Positions 50,328 through 64,000 of a DNA stretch of 64,000 nucleotides are shown one piece after another. The DNA comes from Phoronis australis. Taxonomy: Eukaryota > Animalia > Phoronida. A program made the position numbers and the translations under genes. The stretch's first letter is position 1, and every line of letters starts with the position of its first letter. Under the pieces are notes generated by a model. It was not told where the DNA came from. It worked only from the letters and a program-made list of their open reading frames with translations, and ran no database searches. The DNA lies in NCBI GenBank assembly GCA_002633005.1, contig NMRA01000378.1, forward strand, positions 62,001 through 126,000, written 5' to 3'.

Positions 50328-53300
50328 ATTACCGTTGGACTTGTCTCGTTTCTGGCGGCACCGACAACATGGCGACTTTTGCTGAACTGAAAGGCATGTT
50401 CAATCGGCTACTTTGTAATTTGTGAAGATTTAACGTTGATACATTTTGACAAACGTTGCTACAAAAAGAAACTTTGTTCAATTTTCGTGTTTTTTGTGCA
50501 AAGATATAAGATATAAGATGTATTCGAATTATTTTACTGTAAATTTCCCATTCAGGTGATCTTACACTAAGCTAAAAAAATAGTTGAAATGTTTGACTGT
50601 CAACTGCTGTTCAAGACTTGATTTGGTGTCACAAGATGATTCAAATTTTTCTAAGTTTTAAGTCTCAATTGCTTTCAAGTCATGTTTTGTAACTTATTTC
50701 TTCTTAATTCAGGTTATCAAGTCAACAATATGAATAATCTTAATTTGAGAAATAAGCTATGTTGGATTGTGAAGCTTCAAGCCTCTAATTCTTGTTCCTT
50801 GCAACTTCATATTTTTTAAATGACGCTTGTCAAATTCTGGTGTAAGGAAACACTATTCCGTCACCATGGTAATAGTTACATGTATGTCCACTTTCATATC
50901 ATTGAAACTGTTGCTGTTGAATAGTGTTTGTAATGCTAAATGTTGTAAAGTATTGTGCATTTTAAGTTACTTATTATGTTAAAAGTTTTAATCATTTTGG
51001 GTTAATGAATAAAAAATGATAACATGTTGTATAGGACTTGTCATACTTATGTGGTCGAACGAGCCCCCTGCCTCAGTCACAGAAGCACGAATTCCGAAAA
51101 AAAGTAGAAAATGAGACAATATTCCACTAGAAGACAGGAAGTACCAAAATTTAGGAGTCTCAGTGCAATTCATAGCTCTGAACATACCCACTGAATCTTA
51201 TAGTAAAAGATAGACATTCCCAAAAATTCCAGCCCCCCCTCCATTCTTTTAGGTTGATGCGCTCATACAAAGTCTGGGTAAATCTCTATTGAAAGCCAAC
51301 AACTTTGCACAGTTCGCCAGAAGTACCCAAGTTCTAAGTAAACCTCGTTTGAGTGAGCGCTGTGGCCAGCGACCAGTTAGGCCTAAGGGTAGCCTTGGCG
51401 CAAAGCTGTATAGGCCTCAGTACTAACAAGCTGTATTTTGACGATAGCCTTCACTGGTAGCTGGTGACTGAGGCTAACTAAGGTCTGCCGCGGCAGTGTG
51501 ACACAGGACTAACCAGCCCGTAATTTCATGCAAGTGTCTGAAACTACCCTTGAATATATGCAGCATTTATGATTTGACCATTTTACTTCGACAAAACAGC
51601 TTGCAACCGCATGCATTTACCGTTCGCCAGTGTCTGGTCTCGATCCGATCCGCACCGGGTCCGATAGGCTGCGGTCCCGAGTCTGGCAAAATAATTTCTG
51701 TCAAAATTTATTCGCCACATTTCTTCAGCAAATTCGATAAAATTGTCCGTAGTTTAATTTTATTAAACTTAAGGCGAGCTGTCGATTATTTTATCCCCGT
51801 TGCTGGCTGGTAACAGTACAGGCACTGCTCCAGTCGCACTGACGGCGTTTTCTCGGCCTGGGTTCCTGAATGAATTGTACTTCCGGGGTCGCGGCAAGTT
51901 CAAAATGGCGGTGTTTCTTCGGGTGCGAATCGTGAGTGGCGCGTTCATTTAAATTTTTTTCGAGTACGGATCGTGTATTAGTTATGGGGCAGGTACTTCT
52001 TGGATCCTTATAATGTCCTCTAACCATGTAATAAGGGTTAACAACTCGTGAGAAAAGGACTTTAAATCATTATTGATGCCGTCAAAACATGGAAAAATAA
52101 GAAACTAGGAAATCACCCTTACATAATATTTTTTGCTTTGAAAACCTTGATAAATAAATCCGAGATGATGGCAGACGGTATTGCCATAGTGATGGGATGT
52201 ATGTGTGAGAGTGGCGAATGTCACTTTGCTACTGACTTGACATGAGGTTTGTGTCAAGTGTGTTTTCTGGTTTAAGCTATGCCTCTACACCATCTTAACC
52301 ACATAAATTCCTAATGTGACACTATCTGGGATCAGCCACTGAATCGCTTTAGGCCTATATTATGTACCACCATCGCGTGCACTTTTAGCGTTGAACGCGA
52401 CTGAGAGGCAGTATGGCAGTTCAGAACTGTGTTAGCCTGTGCGTGTGTGGGGGAGACGCAGAGAGAGTGCACTTCTTAAGATCTTAAGGGGGCTGCTTTC
52501 TTGGGAGGCGGAGTTATTTTTTGTGAGGAAGAGTGCTCTTTTGGGAGGAGGTATTTGCATGGGTTGGGGGGTGTCCGACACGGCGTTGCACTTATACGCA
52601 ATTCCATATACCATGATTAACACGCCATCAAGACTGTGTGGAAATGGCCGCACTCGTCAGTGTCTAAGTTAAAGCCCACTCGATCAATGACATGTCTAGT
52701 AATTTATGGTGCTCTGAGTCCTATTTGACCTGTGTGTAATCGAGAATGAACTTGGCCTAAAGGGATATTTTTTGGTTTAATTTACGGCTGAAATGCTTTT
52801 TGAGATTATTATTGTAGGCTACTGGATAAACTTTTTGCATTTACGAGCTTTGGCCAGAGCTAACAAATCCATTGTGTTTTTGTGATTTTATACCAAATCG
52901 CCAATTTTGTCGTTGCCTGGCAAAACGTTTGTTGATATCATGATACTAGGTGACTTTACCATTACGCTTAAAATACTCAATTGACATCAAGACATGGAAC
53001 ATCATTCAGCGGCCCAGCGTTCGGCTGTTAAGATAGTTAGATTTCGCGATCCTGCTAATTTCTGTAAAATCAATTTTTCGGACAGGATTGATGTCTCTTT
53101 AACTCGTTGCCGGGTAATTTGTACATACAGGTTGTACACTGTATGTAGGCCTATATACGGAGCAAGTTAAAGCGGTCCAAAAATCATGCGAAAGCTGAAT
53201 TCCTCGTCAAAATAGTCTTTCCTCGTAACCGAGAATAAAGAGGAATAAATTGTGACTAAGCCGTTCCCTATTTAGAATTCCTTCCCCTTTGTAGTTGTTA

Positions 53301-54475
53301 CCCTTAGGATTAGTCGCCATGACAGGTAAAGCGATATAATGTCTGATTACTTTTGTCTGATACTGTACTGGATTTTCATAAAATTTGACACACAGAATAC
53401 TTATGGCGATTACACTTTTTCTTTTTCCTATGAAGTCTAAGTAATATGCCCCCCTAGTAGTGTTCCATCTGCAACACCGCTGAAAGGATCATTTCAAAAC
53501 TTTACAGGTATGTTGTTGTTTGCATGAAGAAGATTGATGTTGATTGTTAACTGGTCTATCTTCTGTGGTGCCTGCCATATAGCAATTTACATGTAGCTTT
53601 CTTAATGTATCCTTCTATATCGACCAAGCTCCATGATGCATTTTCATGATGCATGTACATGACAAATAGTTTTCTGTTAACGGAGACACCGACAAACTCC
53701 TATTTTCGAATGGATTCAACATGTTCTACACCCACTACAGACTGAGGTCCTTTTCATTATTTTTGTCACCTGCCTCTCTGTCATCCAAAGCCATGAGTTC
53801 CTATTGAGATGATCAAGGCTCTTTAGCTTCCCGAGTGGCTTCTTTTGCCTGTGCCGTAATATATACCAACTTCTTTAATGGACATTTGTAAGATTTGGTG
53901 TATATGTAGCCTACATGTATGCGTTCCAACTCACAGTGAGGAGAGTATGCTCAGAATTAATTTCTGGACGTGTCAGATTACTGTGGCATCCTTTGGTGGC
54001 AATTTAGGATTTTCATATGGTTATACATCTACCAAATTTCTTCATGCATGAAATTTGGCAAACAGATGTCAAGGAAACCGAACGGCAGCGATTGCCTTGT
54101 TTAAGATGGATGAGATGTATGCTGCGCCCCCTAGTGTTATTTATATCTTATAATTAACGATACTTAAACGAACACCACAAGCTAGAAACACTGTTAGTGG
54201 TGCAGTCATAGGTGCATTTTATACGATGCTTGTACACGATGCCAAGAAACTTATGTGATGAGATGGTTTCATTATATTTCTTTTGATCACCATTTCGCAC
54301 ACTTGTTGCCCCGAGATTCCACTCTTGTCAATTAATTTAAAGGTGGACCAGTGGTGAACTAATTTGTCTTGTTCATATCTTGAGTTCAGGCAAAGGCTGC
54401 TGGTTACATTTCTATGGAATAAAAACTGAGGAGATGTCTTCGAGTGTATTGCAACTCAGTTTCCATAAATATATA

Positions 54476-55054
54476 CTCAGTGTAATGATACATGTAAGAC
54501 ACGTAACTTCACCACGCTACTCTTCCGGAAACCTCACTCAAAATAATCGAGCTTCTTGTAGGCAGTGTGGATTCCAAATTTTGTAAAAGGTCAATAGCAG
54601 TAACAGTGGTGCTCAATTGTGGACAATTTTGGACTCAGATTCTTTTACAACAAAGCAGCTACAATTATTTTTTGGAAACCCGGCCAATGGGGCGTCTTGC
54701 ACAGGCTAACAAGCCCGCAAGAAAGAAAATATTTTGGGGAAACTAGAACCAATTNACAGATGTCAAGGAAACCGAACTCAGTGTAATGATACATGTAAGA
54801 CACGTAACTTCACCACGCTACTCTTCCGGAAACCTCACTCAAAATAATCGAGCTTCTTGTAGGCAGTGTGGATTCCAAATTTTGTAAAAGGTCAATAGCA
54901 GTAACAGTGGTGCTCAATTGTGGACAATTTTGGACTCAGATTCTTTTACAACAAAGCAGCTACAATTATTTTTTGGAAACCCGGCCAATGGGGCGTCTTG
55001 CACAGGCTAACAAGCCCGCAAGAAAGAAAATATTTTGGGGAAACTAGAACCAAT
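54476..55054. other. Exact duplication around a single N (haplotype or assembly artefact)
   Basis: 54476-54754 is repeated at ~54777-55054 after the N at ~54755. Confidence 0.8.
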
Positions 55055-56619
55055 TCGAATTTAATCCCACGCGCTTGCCAATGCACTCCCTGTCGCAAAC
55101 AGAGAATTGACCAACACAAATGAGGTTACGCCAAGAATACTTGGCTCCCGACCCCTCTGTTTCCTTAGACTCTGAATATATTCGGAAAATACAAATCTCA
55201 AATGTGGATTTCCACGATTGTTTTAAGAAAAATGAGGCAGTCGCTAATACGAAGTTGCGCGACGGAACAGCACCAGAGACAAAATAACGTGTGAAAGATG
55301 ACACGAACACTGAATCGGAAACTTGAATAGAATAATGTGACCCACAAGCCCCCCCCCCACACTCACCAATAGATTACAGACCTTGTGAAGAAATTAACTT
55401 GTATGCACGTCTCTTAAACCAATCCCCGCAATACACCATGTTCTCCACACTCTGCTACCATTCAAGTGTTCTGAGAATTGGTAAAGGATTTTCGTATCCC
55501 AAATGGCATTCGCAAATTTTTAAGTCAATTTCGTTTATTCACCCCACACAAAAATGTAAAAATAAAAAATCAAAGGCAAAGTAGATACAAAAACTTTAAT
55601 GTCAAAAATCCTAAATGCAACCAAAACGCCGAAACGCAGCGCGGTTGTCGCTCAGACGAGTGAGCTGTTAACATCATTGTCCAAAATGGAGTAGCTCTCG
55701 TGCAGTGCACATGTATATGAAAACCTCACGGCCGCAACTAGCCTACCTACACGTTCGCCGACCCATTAGTTCTACACCAGTGCAGCGCCCTGTAATGGTC
55801 GTCTGTTCTGCACCGGCAATGCACTCGAGCAGACTAATAAAACCGCAAAACATTGTGATGGATGAAACGCAAGATTCTACACATTTGGCCACTCAGATTA
55901 CCCTTGATGTATGTCTGCAGGACCACTATTTGGTTTCGGTTAGCGTCATGTGTCATAATTCAAGGATCCCGTTAAGATGACACCCTAAGACACGAATCTG
56001 TTCTCTTCAGTTAAATCACTTGCAGAACACCGTTCCATGGACAAAATTGTTTTGTGAACTGTCTATAAATTAACTGAACAAGCCACCCCCCCTTGAACAG
56101 GTAATTGGGCACTTTTTCTTTCCGTACACTTGTGAATGTCAGTTTGTGTGTTTAAAACCGCTCACTCAGTTGCAAACAAGTTTAACAGTCCCATTAGCCA
56201 AAACTGACCAGTGGGTAGCAGTGCTTGGTCAAGGATAGCTGCCAAATAAATAGCAAGATGCAGCAGCGCTTCAAGCCAACTCATTCTCAATAAGCAATGA
56301 TGGTTCTATTCAAGCAATGCTCCAGCCAACGAGTGCTACGTCACTCAATCATGCAAACTGGGAATGAGCAAGGAAATACAAACAAAGTTAAATGTTATAA
56401 TTTTCTTGTCATGGCCAATGTATATACATAAAAAATCTCAAGAACCGAATCCGCATGTGAAGTCGTGCACAACAGAGGTTGGTATCAAAAGTTGAAGTGT
56501 GCTAGGCGATCAAGGTACATGATAGAATAAACTGTACACGAACGTCAACAAAGCACACCAAGGCGGACAACAATGGTGGACGAGGGAAGAGCATTCACTG
56601 ACGTCTGTCCTGCATACAT

Positions 56620-62318
<5,699 letters not shown>

Positions 62319-64000
62319 TTATGGAAAATAGTTTACCCGTCAACCAATTTACCCCTTGATCAGAAAAGTAGATTGCTTCTGCTAATTCCACAAATATAAT
62401 AAAAAAACACGAGACTGATTTCATAGCTTTACTAACCATCAGGGGGCGCCAGTGTGACAAGGGGCCCACGTTATTTAACTTGCTGCAGGTATTTGTATCA
62501 ATTTAGTCCACATTATTTCTCTAGGGACACCTAGGGAATTTCTATTTCCCATTGCTAATAAATGATTTTGTTCGTCAGGACTGTTGTAATTCGCAACCCA
62601 AACCACCAAAGTGGCAATGTTAAATACAGTATTCGCCGTAATAACCGCCCAGGGCGCTTAGAAAAGTTTGGTTCAAGGGGGGCGCTTATTATAACCAAAG
62701 GCGGTTGAAACCTTGTTTCCGAAACGGATGAAATCAGAAGCTAAGATTCATCAAATTTACGCTCTGTGACGTATCTGTAGTCTATGAAAGACTTTCAACA
62801 TAACTGTGGTGCATTGCTATCAAACTTTGCTACTCAATTACGATCATTTTACAGAAAATTGCGCTGAAATCCCAGGGCGAAAACTCACAGACTGACTGCC
62901 TCGAAATCGCAGTCTTCAATGCTTGAATAAAAATAGTTTCGACTCAAGCAAGTTACCTGAAATCTTCATTAGTTTTCTAACGTCTCTAAGACTTTTTTTA
63001 AGTTCCCGTGGAGTCTAGATTAATGGCAGGTTTAAGTACAAACCTGTGCAACATCGTGCCATCTACATGTATGATAGGCAACACGGCGAGAAAAATTTCT
63101 GGACGAACACACGTTGTTGTCACGTGATGTTTGTTTTGAAGTTAGTCTGCATTTGTGAGTAAGCGAGCATGTGCGTGTCACCAGAGTTCATTTGCCAAAG
63201 CAGTCTTTTGGCCAGAGCCACGCAATCTAACGAGCTAGATATGCATTGATTGTGTCTAAAGAAATTTGCACAAGCAGTGGACCTAAACCAGAGCGTGCTT
63301 CATTCAGCACTTGCCGGTCTCATGTGCTAAAAACGTTCAACATTTATCTCAGTAAGGCTCATATTAGTCACCGTGTAGCTGGATGCGTACGTAGATGTAA
63401 CTATCTGACAGTTATTTTTCGGTGTAAGGGTGTGTAAGCATTCACTGTCAGTTGTCATTTTATCGGATATCCCTCTTAAGAACACCAATTAAGGTTAATC
63501 AAACAATCTATCTCCTAAATAACGCAAACATATTTTGTAGTATTAGAAATTGTCGGAAATTAGTGCCAATATTCATTTCTTACCGATGTTATGCTACCCG
63601 TTTCATGAATGGATAGTTCCCAAGTAATGTCTTTGATGACATGTTCATATATGTAGCGCGCGCTTCCCGGCCACGTGCGTTTAACACAGAGTTATTTTTA
63701 TTCGTGAGACAGTCGATGTGTCTGTACTGAAAGGTCAGACCATAGTAGGACACGGTTGTCGCGAGAGAAGCAACGCTGTTGCGTTCTTTTTGAAGCGCTG
63801 TGTTACTTTGATGTGTATAGTCACGGCTAAATACAAACGTAGCACTGCCGCTGGTGGTCTAGAAGACCCGTGCAAAAATTTTTTGATAAATTGAAGACGT
63901 TACTGTAGCCGAGTTTTAGGACTGTAGGTACGTCATTGTTCGCACGTACACGTTCATGGAGTATGCGCTTATTTCAGCAAAGTCTGAAAATGAGTGGGAG

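Overview
AT-rich, intron-containing animal genomic DNA, probably a marine invertebrate (inferred from GT-AG introns, an invertebrate-type calmodulin and the transposon types). There are three host genes, all on the minus strand. (1,2) Two tandem paralogues (3374-8543, 18986-24354) encode a secreted thermolysin-family (M4) zinc metalloprotease of the bacterial vibriolysin/LasB type. Each is split into spliceosomal exons (signal peptide, FTP propeptide, PepSY-like plus catalytic exon) and carries an in-frame, phase-symmetric two-exon mucin-type WxxW cassette inside the propeptide. Several catalytic-cleft residues are substituted. (3) The 3' part of a calmodulin gene (56620-62308) has two alternative last exons, encoding EFVTMMTSK* or EFVKMMTSK*. 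The rest is mostly decayed DNA transposons. These include a 13.5-kb nested stack (30179-43644) with readable target-site duplications, two copies of an ISL2EU-like element, MITEs, a tRNA-derived SINE, an intronic tandem repeat and assembly artefacts. All calls come from manual reading and translation; no database searches were run.
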